Source: Desulfomonilia bacterium
GTDB taxonomy: Bacteria > Desulfobacterota > Desulfomonilia > UBA1062
Direction of reading: 5' to 3'
DNA length: 64,000 nt
NCBI GenBank assembly: GCA_963664325.2
Contig: CAXXDQ010000007.1
Span: 960,001-1,024,000, forward strand
Both the position numbers and the translations under genes were made by a program. Under the pieces are notes generated by a model. The model had not been told where the DNA came from, made no database searches, and was given only the letters and a program-made list of their open reading frames with translations. Within the stretch, counting starts at the first letter, position 1; the number at the start of each line of letters is the position of its first letter. Below, piece after piece: positions 10,814 through 20,177 of the stretch.

Positions 10814-12316
10814 TCAGTTTTCGTATTTTTCAATAAGGTCAGCGGCTATCATGCCGGATGCGATGACCGTGGGCACGCCGCCTCCGGGATGCGTGGATGC
10901 GCCGGTCAGGTAGAGGCCCTTTATGTTCTTCGACCTGGCGGCCGGCCGGAACACCATGGAGGACATCAGGTCCTGCCTGAGCGCATATATGGCGCCTTCG
11001 GGTGAAAGGAGCCTTCTCTCGAAGTCCTTTGGTGTGGCAAAGTTGGCGACCTTTATGTGCTTTGTCAGATCCGGTATGCACTTTTTCTCCATGAACTTTA
11101 TAACGCGGTCCATTATCTCGGGCTTTGCCTCGTCCCAGTCCTTGCCCTGAAGCTTGTACGGTCCCGGCGAGAGCGTAAGTACTATGACGTTGCTGCCTTT
11201 TGGCGCGAGCCCCGGATCGGTCTTTGACGTATAGCTGATGATCGCATACTGCTCAGTCGGGAAGAGCCCGTTCATATAGAATTCGTTCCAGTTCCTGTTC
11301 ATCTCCTCGACGGGCAGCGTGATTATCGTATGGTGGCTGTCGAGCGGCGGTTCGTAATCCACGCCCAGGTATATCATGGGTGTGGCCATCGCATAGCGGT
11401 AGCTCTTCACGCCCACCTGGGCCAGCCACGGCAGGTGTTCGAACCCGATCAGGTCCGTATAGAGCTGCTTGGCGTTGATGTTCGAGACTATGAGCCTGGC
11501 TGTAATCTCGGTCCCGTCTCCTAGCATGACGCTGACCGCGCGGCCGTTCTTAACGATCACTTTCTTTACGAGCGTATTGAGCCTCAGCTCCATGCCGAGC
11601 CTCTGTCCGCATTTGACGAGCGCCTCGGGAATGCCTTTCATACCGCCCTTCGTATAGTAGACGCCTTCATGCTCGGAATAGGGGATCATGGCGCTGTGGC
11701 CCGGGCCGAGTTCGGGCGGGAGCCCGAAGAAGTAGCTCTGGTATGCAATCGATTCCTTGATCTTGTCGCTTTTGAAATACTTGTCCAGAACCGACTGATA
11801 ATTCGTCATGAAGAGCGGTAAATATTTGAGCAGTGCGGGAGTCCTCGCGAACATCATGGTCATGTCGGTCATTGTATTGCCCGGCGAGAGGAAGAAGCCC
11901 TTCAAGGCCGCATCAAGAAATGCCTTCATATAGTCGGCGTATTTCCTCCAGCCGTCCTCGTCTTCAGGAGACAGTTTCCCGATCATCTTCGCGGTTTCCT
12001 CGCTGGATAACGGGTATGTCATCTTGGTGCCGTCCTTCAGGATGACCGTGTATATCGGGTCGCACTTAATCATTTCCGCTTCCTTGAAGACCGACGTGCC
12101 CAGCCTCTCGAAGCACCAGTTGATTACTTCGACGTCCTCGAGAATGGAAGCGCCGAGGTCGAAGCCGAAGCCCTCCTGCTCGAACGTGGAGCAGCAACCG
12201 CCCACAAGCGAGCTCTGCTCCAGCACAAGAGTCTTGCAGCCTTTTTTTGCAAGCAGCGCCCCTGCACTGAGCCCTCCGCATCCGGCACCGATGACGATCA
12301 CATCATAATCGCTCAT
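10814..12316 (-). CDS. Phytoene desaturase-family FAD-dependent oxidoreductase
   Basis: DVIVIGAGCGGL, GGCCSTFEQEGFGFDLGA, LYLTGASTHPGGGVP. Confidence 0.88.
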   Translation of the reverse strand: MSDYDVIVIGAGCGGLSAGALLAKKGCKTLVLEQSSLVGGCCSTFEQEGFGFDLGASILEDVEVINWCFERLGTSVFKEAEMIKCDPIYTVILKDGTKMTYPLSSEETAKMIGKLSPEDEDGWRKYADYMKAFLDAALKGFFLSPGNTMTDMTMMFARTPALLKYLPLFMTNYQSVLDKYFKSDKIKESIAYQSYFFGLPPELGPGHSAMIPYSEHEGVYYTKGGMKGIPEALVKCGQRLGMELRLNTLVKKVIVKNGRAVSVMLGDGTEITARLIVSNINAKQLYTDLIGFEHLPWLAQVGVKSYRYAMATPMIYLGVDYEPPLDSHHTIITLPVEEMNRNWNEFYMNGLFPTEQYAIISYTSKTDPGLAPKGSNVIVLTLSPGPYKLQGKDWDEAKPEIMDRVIKFMEKKCIPDLTKHIKVANFATPKDFERRLLSPEGAIYALRQDLMSSMVFRPAARSKNIKGLYLTGASTHPGGGVPTVIASGMIAADLIEKYEN

Positions 12317-12552
12317 GAATCCTCCTTTCTGAAAGTTGTTTTGTGGCAGGTGGTATTACCAAATGACTCAAGCAATTTACCCTTCTCAAGTCCTTAAGTC
12401 AAATGTCTATTCGTAAGATAAACTATAAATATATTGTAGAAATGTTACTGTATAACCGTTAGATTAATGCATGTTAGAATATTTTATCTCAAAATTTAGC
12501 ATACAAATAAATTTTTAAAATTCAATTTATATAAGTATTAAGAGGAGAAATT

Positions 12553-13191
12553 ATGGATAAAGAAATGCTAAACTTATTGATTCAAACATCATTAACAATC
12601 TTAGGTTGGATTGTGATGATCATCTGGGCTATAAAACAAATTAATATTGCCAATGAAAAATCTTTAGAATTACAACGCATTTTAATTAAGGAAAAGAACA
12701 AGCAAGAGTTGGTTAAAGAAATTATTATAATATATAAGGATATTACTGATTCTCTTGAATGTTTACTTCAAGCTGGCAATAATTTTATTCACAATTTCAA
12801 TCTTGAGAACTCACCATTGACAGAACATATTAAAAGCATAAACTTTTCTGCAATGAATCTTATTGATCCAATTAATCAGGCATACAACAAATTAGGTTCT
12901 GATATCAGTCGTATGGATACTTGGATTGAATTATCATCAAATTCACTTCCAAACACAAATAAAATTAAAAACGCTATCATGGAATACCAAAAACACTTCT
13001 CTTATCAGGATAATATTAAACCAGTATGGCTTGATTATCAGGCAATGCTCGTAACTTATAAATCCAGAACACTTAAAAATCATAATGCATTATATGATGT
13101 GTGGAAAGAAATATCTGGGAGCATCATCAAGGTTAAAAAGGATTTTATTGAAGCAATGATATTAATTATTCAAGAGAACCTCATTACATAA
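12553..13191 (+). CDS. AT-rich hypothetical protein with an N-terminal membrane anchor
   Basis: 212-aa ORF, GAGGAG RBS, one TM segment, strongly AT-biased relative to neighbours. Confidence 0.75.
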   Translation: MDKEMLNLLIQTSLTILGWIVMIIWAIKQINIANEKSLELQRILIKEKNKQELVKEIIIIYKDITDSLECLLQAGNNFIHNFNLENSPLTEHIKSINFSAMNLIDPINQAYNKLGSDISRMDTWIELSSNSLPNTNKIKNAIMEYQKHFSYQDNIKPVWLDYQAMLVTYKSRTLKNHNALYDVWKEISGSIIKVKKDFIEAMILIIQENLIT

Positions 13192-13225
13192 TTTTTTATA
13201 AAACCTTTATACTATATGCATATTC

Positions 13226-13415
13226 ACAGGGCGGCAGAACAAAGCAGACCTAGGAGTGACGAAGCGGAAATGTGAGGCATACTTTACCGTATGTCGCAGC
13301 GTTTCCGCGAGGAGCGACAACGGTATGCAAATTTTTGCATCACAAAAATTGACGCACCAAAGGTGCGCCCGAAGGGTGAGGGCTGTCTGCCCGAATCAAA
13401 GTTATCCCGCCCTGT
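13226..13415 (+). mobile_element. MITE/REP-like element copy 1, with nested ~60 bp insert
   Basis: Terminal IR ACAGGGCGG/CCGCCCTGT; AGAACAAAGCA..GGCATAC-N-GTATGTCG..GGTATGC core shared with other copies. Confidence 0.7.
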
Positions 13416-13421
13416 CCAATT

Positions 13422-15131
13422 CTATTTTATAGATATGCAGCGTCCATCCTTTCTTATCGTACTCCCATTGTTGTACGAATAAAGGTCCACAAACTCTATG
13501 CTGTCAAACGGCGTTATTACTATGAAGCTCTGCTCAGGATAGCCGGATGCGACCTTATCAACCCATGTGCCGGTATTGGCATAGATCGAATGGTAATCTT
13601 TGCCGATTTTTTTCAGGTAGCTGTTGGTCATAAGAGACATCATAGCCATATGGGTATGTCCGAACACCACTATCCTTTTTGTACATCCGTCATGATAAAA
13701 ATATTCGCCGCTCATAAGATCCATCAGCGGGTTGAATACGCCGTTAAGAATGGCGACCAGAACTGCAATATGTTGCGGCACATTGTTGATCGTCTGCAGG
13801 TTATCCCAGTTCGCGGCCTTTGCGTTGTCCTTGTAAATAATCCTGTCGTCGGTCGTGTTGTTTCCGATCACGTCCTTGTAGCTGTAGGTTTCGGAGAACC
13901 CGTCAATGCCTGTCATGAACGATTTTTCCTCCCAGCTGAAATTCGTCGGATATTTTATAAGTATGGGCAACCATGCCGCCTGATAGAGGTCAATCGGTAT
14001 GCCGTCACCTGTTTCCCCGGACATCCCTGTCGCGAACATTTCACTGGGGACATACTCTGACTGAGGATGCTGTCTCAAAGACGTAACCGAATCCTTGGAT
14101 ACGAAAAAGCCCGCCCCGAGTATCGTATGCTGACCTGTAACACTTGCATTAGAAACCGGATCCGGGGCATTGAAAAAGTCATACCTGTGGCTGTGCTCTA
14201 TCACTATCTCGGGACGTCCGTCAGGGGCATACGAACCCAACCCCGAATTTACGCCGCCTACATCATCCCTTGCATTGTTGATTCCCGGGAACCTTTCGTC
14301 CATATCGGCTTTTGTCACGAGCATGTCATGGTTTCCGGGAATATATGTCACCTTTATGTTTCCATCCAGGATTATGTTGTTGAGCGCATCGACTATGCCC
14401 TCATTGGCGTCGCAAATGTCATTGAAAAAGCCGTTTTCGTCTTTGCCGCCAAACGTGTCATATTCCATAGGGCAAATCCATTCGTCAAACATGTCTCCGG
14501 CTATGACAAGTTCCTTCACCGTGGGATTCGTCTTCAGCATCAGGAGGAAATTCTCCAGATGTAACCTGTTCGCGATCTGCCAGCCGTAATTCTCATCCTG
14601 AGCCCTCTCGTCTCCCAGGTGCAGGTCGCTTATTACGACGATCTGTTTCCTTTCTGCTCCCAGTTCGAGACTGCCTGTCTGGATGTCGAAAGAAAGCTCT
14701 GGCGTAAAATAGCCTGCATAGTCCTGAGCCGTTGTCTTGCCCGAGGCGGACGCGGCGCCGGCTTTCACTATAATCACGTATTCATTGCCGGAAATGAAAT
14801 TTTCCCCGTCTGTAAGAGAGACCCTTGCAATGTCAGGCGAGAGGCTGGTTACTTCAGGATCAAGGAGCACCGGTTCGCCGGTACCGTTAATAAGATAAAG
14901 ATATATTTTTCCGCCTATCGAACTGATATCCGGTTCTTCGCTGAACACGAGGTCTATATAGTCCGTTTTTTCCAATATTTCCGGGTTGTCTGCATATGAA
15001 GACGCAGATATGCCGCCTATAAGCGCCGTTACGGTAAACGGAGTGCTGCTTGCATTATCCGAACTGGTGGAGCACCCAGCAAATAGAAGGGGGGCCCACA
15101 GCAAAAAAGACAAAAAGAATAGTTTTCTCAT
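13422..15131 (-). CDS. Lipoprotein metallophosphoesterase with an N-terminal Ig-like region
   Basis: FAGC lipobox; SDLH, GDMFD, GNHD, GHTH calcineurin-like motifs. Confidence 0.85.
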   Translation of the reverse strand: MRKLFFLSFLLWAPLLFAGCSTSSDNASSTPFTVTALIGGISASSYADNPEILEKTDYIDLVFSEEPDISSIGGKIYLYLINGTGEPVLLDPEVTSLSPDIARVSLTDGENFISGNEYVIIVKAGAASASGKTTAQDYAGYFTPELSFDIQTGSLELGAERKQIVVISDLHLGDERAQDENYGWQIANRLHLENFLLMLKTNPTVKELVIAGDMFDEWICPMEYDTFGGKDENGFFNDICDANEGIVDALNNIILDGNIKVTYIPGNHDMLVTKADMDERFPGINNARDDVGGVNSGLGSYAPDGRPEIVIEHSHRYDFFNAPDPVSNASVTGQHTILGAGFFVSKDSVTSLRQHPQSEYVPSEMFATGMSGETGDGIPIDLYQAAWLPILIKYPTNFSWEEKSFMTGIDGFSETYSYKDVIGNNTTDDRIIYKDNAKAANWDNLQTINNVPQHIAVLVAILNGVFNPLMDLMSGEYFYHDGCTKRIVVFGHTHMAMMSLMTNSYLKKIGKDYHSIYANTGTWVDKVASGYPEQSFIVITPFDSIEFVDLYSYNNGSTIRKDGRCISIK

Positions 15132-15327
15132 GGGGAATACCTCTTTTTTTCAGTTTTGTTATTTATACAATCGGCTGTTTTCAATGATAACATGAACATT
15201 TACAGTCATTGCTGATTGGTTAGGAAAGTATTGGTCTCAGGCCCTTTTCCTGATCAATGAGGAAGCGACGCAGGCAGAAATATCTAATTCAATCGCGACA
15301 TGGCGTTAGAACATCAAACGACTTCTT

Positions 15328-15451
15328 TTCCGCTTTGCATTCAAGATGATACCGAGGAGTCAAGGAGGAAGCGACGCAGGCATACTTCTAACGTATGTCG
15401 AGGAGAATTCCGACGCGGACGACAAAGGTAGCGCATGAATGCGAAGCGGAA
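15328..15451 (+). mobile_element. MITE/REP-like element copy 2 (divergent subfamily)
   Basis: IR TTCCGCTTTGCATTCA/TGAATGCGAAGCGGAA; core GGCATACTTCTAACGTATGTCG and CGACAAAGGTA shared with 61339-61465. Confidence 0.6.
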
Positions 15452-16747
15452 TTATGTGTCGAAGACGCGTTTGAATATCGTGTCTATATATTTCATGTGA
15501 TGAGACAGGTCGAAGAGATCTTCTATCTTTTCCCTGCTCAGCTTTGCTGTTACTTCAGGGTCATTCAAGAGCGCTTCCTTAAAATCCCCCTTCCCTTCCC
15601 AGACCGGCAGCGCGTTCCTCTGCACAACCGCATAGGCGTCGTCGCGGAGCATACCGGCGTCGGTAAGCGCCAGCAGGACATTCTGCGAATGCCACAGTCC
15701 TTTGGTAAGTTCCAGGTTCTTTTTCACATTCTCGGGAAATACGACGAGGCCTTCGATGAGGCCCTTGAGCCTCTTGAGCGCGAAATCCAGGATGTTAGTA
15801 GCGTCCGGGCCGATCACGCGCTCCACGCTGGAATGGCTGATGTCGCGCTCGTGCCAGAGTGCCACGTTCTCCATGGCCGAGAGCGCATAGCCACGCAGGA
15901 GTCTCGACATGCCGGTCAGATTTTCGGAAAGTATCGGGTTCTTCTTGTGCGGCATGGCCGATGAGCCCTTCTGCCCCTTGCCGAAAGGCTCCATGGCCTC
16001 CAACACTTCCGAGCGCTGCAGATGCCTTATCTCGACTGCGATCTTTTCAATGGTACAGCCGACTAGTGCGATGGTCGTAAAGAATTGCGCATGGCGGTCA
16101 CGCTGCACTATCTGCGTGCTGAGCGGTTCTGCCGTGAGTCCGAGCTTTTTGCAGACATAGTCCTCGACCTCGGGCGGCACATTGGCGAAGGTGCCGACCG
16201 CGCCCGAAATCTTGCCGCATGCGATCACGTCTACGGCGTCTTCCATGCGCTTCAGATTGCGCCCCATCTCTGCATAGAAGAGCGCAAACTTGGAGCCGAA
16301 AGAAACAGGTTCGGCGTGTATGCCGTGGGAGCGTCCCATCGCGGGCAGGTCCTTGAACTCGTAGGCGCGCTTCTTGAGGGCCTCCATCAGAATCTTTATA
16401 TCCTCTATGATGACTGCTCCGGCCTCTTTGCACTGAAGCGCATATGCAGTGTCAAGCACATCGGAACTGGTAAGCCCCATATGTACATACCTGGCGTCAT
16501 CGCCGATGTATTCGGCCACGCAGCTCACGAACGCGATTACGTCGTGGCGCGTTATGTTCTCTATCTCCTCGATCCGAGCGACCTCGAACCTGGAGTTCTT
16601 CTGTATGTTTTCAAGGCTATTCTGCGGGACCTTGCCGAGCTTGGCCCAGGCTTCGCAGGCCGCAATCTCGACATCGAGCCACTTCTGGTACCTGTTCTGA
16701 TCCGACCAGATTCCGTTCATAACCTTTGTGGAGTATCGGGGAATCAT
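15452..16747 (-). CDS. purB: Adenylosuccinate lyase
   Basis: MIPRYS start, HMGLTSSD, GRSHGIHAEP, GSSAMPHKKNP signature. Confidence 0.98.
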   Translation of the reverse strand: MIPRYSTKVMNGIWSDQNRYQKWLDVEIAACEAWAKLGKVPQNSLENIQKNSRFEVARIEEIENITRHDVIAFVSCVAEYIGDDARYVHMGLTSSDVLDTAYALQCKEAGAVIIEDIKILMEALKKRAYEFKDLPAMGRSHGIHAEPVSFGSKFALFYAEMGRNLKRMEDAVDVIACGKISGAVGTFANVPPEVEDYVCKKLGLTAEPLSTQIVQRDRHAQFFTTIALVGCTIEKIAVEIRHLQRSEVLEAMEPFGKGQKGSSAMPHKKNPILSENLTGMSRLLRGYALSAMENVALWHERDISHSSVERVIGPDATNILDFALKRLKGLIEGLVVFPENVKKNLELTKGLWHSQNVLLALTDAGMLRDDAYAVVQRNALPVWEGKGDFKEALLNDPEVTAKLSREKIEDLFDLSHHMKYIDTIFKRVFDT

Positions 16748-16764
16748 ACGCTCACCTCTTCCTA

Positions 16765-16888
16765 TACAGGGCGTCATAACTTTGCATACCGGCGTCGCTC
16801 CTTATCCCGTCATTACGGCGTACGCTTAAAGTACGCCTCATTCCTCGATTTCCTCGCTCCCAGGTCTGCTTTGTTCTTACGCCCTGTA
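16765..16888 (-). mobile_element. MITE/REP-like element copy 3
   Basis: Terminal IR TACAGGGCGT/ACGCCCTGTA; reverse complement aligns with 13226 and 61339 copies. Confidence 0.72.
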
Positions 16889-17020
16889 AATGTTTTATAG
16901 TTTAATCAATCGCTACAGTTGCTAATTTCATATCCGCCCAAAGAGGATGGGAAATCTTTTGTTCAATGTAAAACAAAACTCCTCTTTGATCGGAATAATA
17001 AAAATAACTATAAAAGATAT

Positions 17021-18925
17021 CTACCTTATCCTTGCGCCCACTCTGGCATTCCTGTCGAAACCTATCAGGGACAGACCACCCTCTTCCGTGTCCGTGGCCA
17101 GGAGCATGCCGAAGCTCTCGATGCCCATGAGTTTTGCAGGCTTCAGGTTGGTCACCACCGCGATTTTTTTGCCGGTGAGCTCTTCCGGCGTATAGGCCTT
17201 GCCTATGCCGGCCACGATCTGCCTTTCCTCTCCGGTGTCAACCTTCATCAGGATCAGCTTGTCGCTCTTGGGCACGCGTTCGGCGCTCATAATTTTGCCC
17301 ACCCTGATCTCGGCCCTGGCGAATTCGGAGATGTCTATCAGGTTCAGGGGCTCTTTCTTTTCCTCTGTTTTTGCCGCTTCCGCCACGACCTCCAGAGTTT
17401 CCAGCTTTTCCACGCGCGGGAAGAGAACCTTGGGTTCCCGGGTCTTGACGCCAGCCCTGATGGACCCGAACACGTTGAGGCTGTCCATATCAAAGCTGCC
17501 TTCGGAGCCGATCATGGCAAGAACCCTTTTTGACGCGTCCGGCATTACCGGGTATGTCATTACGGCAATGAACCTCAAGCCTTCCATAATGTTGTACATC
17601 ACGGACCCGAGACGCTTCCTGTCGGTTTTTGCAAGCGTCCACGGCGCGGATTTGTCTATGTATTTGTTGAGCCCTGAGACCAGCGTCCATGTGGCGGCCA
17701 GGGCATTCTGCATCTCTATGGACTTCATCCTAGAACGGTAGTGGATGGCCGAGCTGAGTGCGAGGTCCCTCAACTGGATGTCTTCCTCGTTATCGGATTC
17801 ATCGGCATCCGGTATGACGCCTCCGTAATACTTATTCAGCATGCCGAGGCTCCTGTTGACCAGGTTGCCGAGGTCGTTTGCAAGGTCTGCATTGTAGCGG
17901 TCGATCATGGCGTCTTCGGAGAAATTCGAATCGAGCCCGAACACCATGTCGCGCACAAGATAATAGCGGAAGGCGTCCAGTCCGTATTTTTCCTTCAAAT
18001 CGAGCGGGTTGATGACATTGCCCAGGCTCTTGCTCATCTTCGCCATCTCTATGTTCCAGTAGCCGTGTACATTGAGGTGTTTATAAGGTTCAAGCCCGGC
18101 GGCCTTGAGCATTGTGGGCCAGTAAACGCCGTGGGGCTTCAGGATGTCCTTCGCTATCAGGTGCTGCGCCGCACCCCAGTATTCGCTGAAATGCCCGCCG
18201 CCAGGATAGCCGATGCCGGTTACATAGTTTATAAGGGCGTCGAACCAGACATAGCATACATAGTCATTGTCGAAAGGCAAATCTATGCCCCATGACAGGC
18301 GCTTTTTGGGCCGGGAGATGCACAGGTCGTCAAGAGGCTCGCGAAGCATCCCGAGCACCTCGTTCCTGTAGCGCTGCGGCCTTATGAAATCCGGGTTGGC
18401 GTTAATATGATCTATCAGCCATCCCCGGTATTTTTCCATTTTAAAGAAATAGTTCTGTTCCTTGATGTGGGTCGGCTCAGTCCGATGCTGGGGGCATTTC
18501 CCGTCTTCAAGCTCGCTGTCGGTTAAAAAGCGTTCGCATCCCAGGCAGTAGTTGCCGCCGTATTCACCGAAATAGATGTCGCCGGAATCGTACACCTTTT
18601 GCAGAATGGACTGCACGACTTTTACATGCTCGGGGTCGGTGGTCCTTATAAAGCGGTCCGGCTCCACCGACATTTCGGGAAGTATGGCCCTGAAAAGCGC
18701 GCTGTTCTCGTCCGCCAGCTCCTTTGCCGTTTTGCCCAGTTTTTTCGCCGACTGCACTATCTTGTCGCCGTGTTCGTCGGTGCCGGTCAGGAAAAAGACG
18801 TTTTTCCCGGATATCCTGTTGAACCGCGCAAGCACGTCGGCGACTATGGATGTATAGACATGGCCGATATGCGGCTTGGAGTTAACATAGTAGATTGGGG
18901 TGGTTATATAAAAATAGTTCATCAT
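17021..18925 (-). CDS. metG: Methionine--tRNA ligase with C-terminal tRNA-binding domain
   Basis: YITTPIYYVN, HIGH, GTDEHG, YVWFDAL, KMSKS. Confidence 0.98.
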   Translation of the reverse strand: MMNYFYITTPIYYVNSKPHIGHVYTSIVADVLARFNRISGKNVFFLTGTDEHGDKIVQSAKKLGKTAKELADENSALFRAILPEMSVEPDRFIRTTDPEHVKVVQSILQKVYDSGDIYFGEYGGNYCLGCERFLTDSELEDGKCPQHRTEPTHIKEQNYFFKMEKYRGWLIDHINANPDFIRPQRYRNEVLGMLREPLDDLCISRPKKRLSWGIDLPFDNDYVCYVWFDALINYVTGIGYPGGGHFSEYWGAAQHLIAKDILKPHGVYWPTMLKAAGLEPYKHLNVHGYWNIEMAKMSKSLGNVINPLDLKEKYGLDAFRYYLVRDMVFGLDSNFSEDAMIDRYNADLANDLGNLVNRSLGMLNKYYGGVIPDADESDNEEDIQLRDLALSSAIHYRSRMKSIEMQNALAATWTLVSGLNKYIDKSAPWTLAKTDRKRLGSVMYNIMEGLRFIAVMTYPVMPDASKRVLAMIGSEGSFDMDSLNVFGSIRAGVKTREPKVLFPRVEKLETLEVVAEAAKTEEKKEPLNLIDISEFARAEIRVGKIMSAERVPKSDKLILMKVDTGEERQIVAGIGKAYTPEELTGKKIAVVTNLKPAKLMGIESFGMLLATDTEEGGLSLIGFDRNARVGARIR

Positions 18926-19959
18926 TGTCCGGGTTTCCTCCTGGATCTGTTACGCCGGTTCCTGTTATGGCGCCTGTGCTTGTTCTTCTTATCATCGTTC
19001 TGCGCATCCGTTTTCGCCTCCGGCGGTTTGACCTGTGCAGCAATTGGCGCAGGCTCGGGAAGTTTCTGCTGGGCCTGGTGCTTCTGGTCGGACACCTTGT
19101 GAAATTCTTCTTCCGTAAGGATGTCTGAGACCTTTGCCTTGACGAACTTCCTGTCGGCCAGCTTGGCAATAAACGTCTGGTTGATGACGTTGATGCTTAT
19201 TACGGTCGCCTCTCCCTGCTCAAGGAAAACCGTCTTCCCGGCCTTGGGCAGGTTGTCGATCAGGTTTGCATAGGATTCCTTTTCATAGGCAAGACAGCAT
19301 TTAAGTTTGCCGCAGATACCGGATATCTTTGTGGGATTAAGGGTCATGTTCTGATTCTTTGCCATCTTGACCGATATGCGCTGGAAATTGGTCAGAAAGC
19401 TCGCACAGCACAGCTCCCTTCCGCAGCTCCCTATGCCGCCCAGTATGCAGGTTTCCTGACGGGCCCCTATCTGTCTTAACTCTATCCTCGTCCTGTATTT
19501 TTCAACGAGGTCTTTCAGCAGTTCCCTGAAATCCACCCTGCCTTCGGATACGAAGAAGAATGTAATCTTGTTGCCGTCGAACGACTGCTCGACAAGGATG
19601 AGTTTCATTAGGAGTTTCCTTGCGATTATCCGTTCCTTGCAGAAGTTAAAGGCCGTCTTTTCCTTTGTTTTTATATCGCTTAACTTCTTTTTGTCAGAAT
19701 CACTGAGCAACCTGAGTACAGGTTTGATTTCATCGAGTCCGGACGCGTCCTCTTCCGTCGTAAAGGCAAGTACCTTGCCGGCGGCAAGACCAAGCTCGGT
19801 TTCGACTACAGCCATCATGCCTGGTTTTAAATCAAGATCGCCAGCATTGAAAATATATGGTGTGAGCATGCTGGAAAACCTTATATAAACAAGCTTTCTG
19901 GGTTTAGTCCCCTGCAGATCATCATTTTGTACAGATTCAGAATTTTCCATAAAAGTCAT
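18922..19959 (-). CDS. PSP1/YaaT (RicT) family protein
   Basis: GRVDFRELLKDL, GGIGSCGRELCC, SGICGKLKCCLAYE; usual position upstream of metG. Confidence 0.93.
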   Translation of the reverse strand: MTFMENSESVQNDDLQGTKPRKLVYIRFSSMLTPYIFNAGDLDLKPGMMAVVETELGLAAGKVLAFTTEEDASGLDEIKPVLRLLSDSDKKKLSDIKTKEKTAFNFCKERIIARKLLMKLILVEQSFDGNKITFFFVSEGRVDFRELLKDLVEKYRTRIELRQIGARQETCILGGIGSCGRELCCASFLTNFQRISVKMAKNQNMTLNPTKISGICGKLKCCLAYEKESYANLIDNLPKAGKTVFLEQGEATVISINVINQTFIAKLADRKFVKAKVSDILTEEEFHKVSDQKHQAQQKLPEPAPIAAQVKPPEAKTDAQNDDKKNKHRRHNRNRRNRSRRKPGQ

Positions 19960-20177
19960 GTTATCAATCTTAAAACATATTTTGCAAGCCCATCTTTTCT
20001 AACGCGGCCGAGGGCATCATCAAAGGTGCTGACGGTTACGTTATCGTAATCGCGATTACGCACAATCTGTAACGGTCCGCCGTGTGCTTTTTATAATATC
20101 TTTAAATTTATCGGTTTTTTAAATGGCTCACCGATTGCTCCCTTATATCACAGATAAAAGATTTGGAGGCACCGACG

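Noticed and set aside
10814-12316. Carotenoid biosynthesis cluster (crtI)
   Set aside because: No crtB or crtE nearby; only family-level similarity, so no gene symbol assigned
12553-13191. AT-rich ORF as a solo integron cassette
   Set aside because: GTTAG motifs occur upstream, but there is no RYYYAAC box or attC hairpin after the stop; the downstream palindrome belongs to the MITE family
16085-18295. Long plus-strand ORFs (16085-16900, 16919-17533, 17741-18295)
   Set aside because: Antisense shadows of purB and metG with no recognisable motifs; the same applies to most short overlapping ORFs in the track
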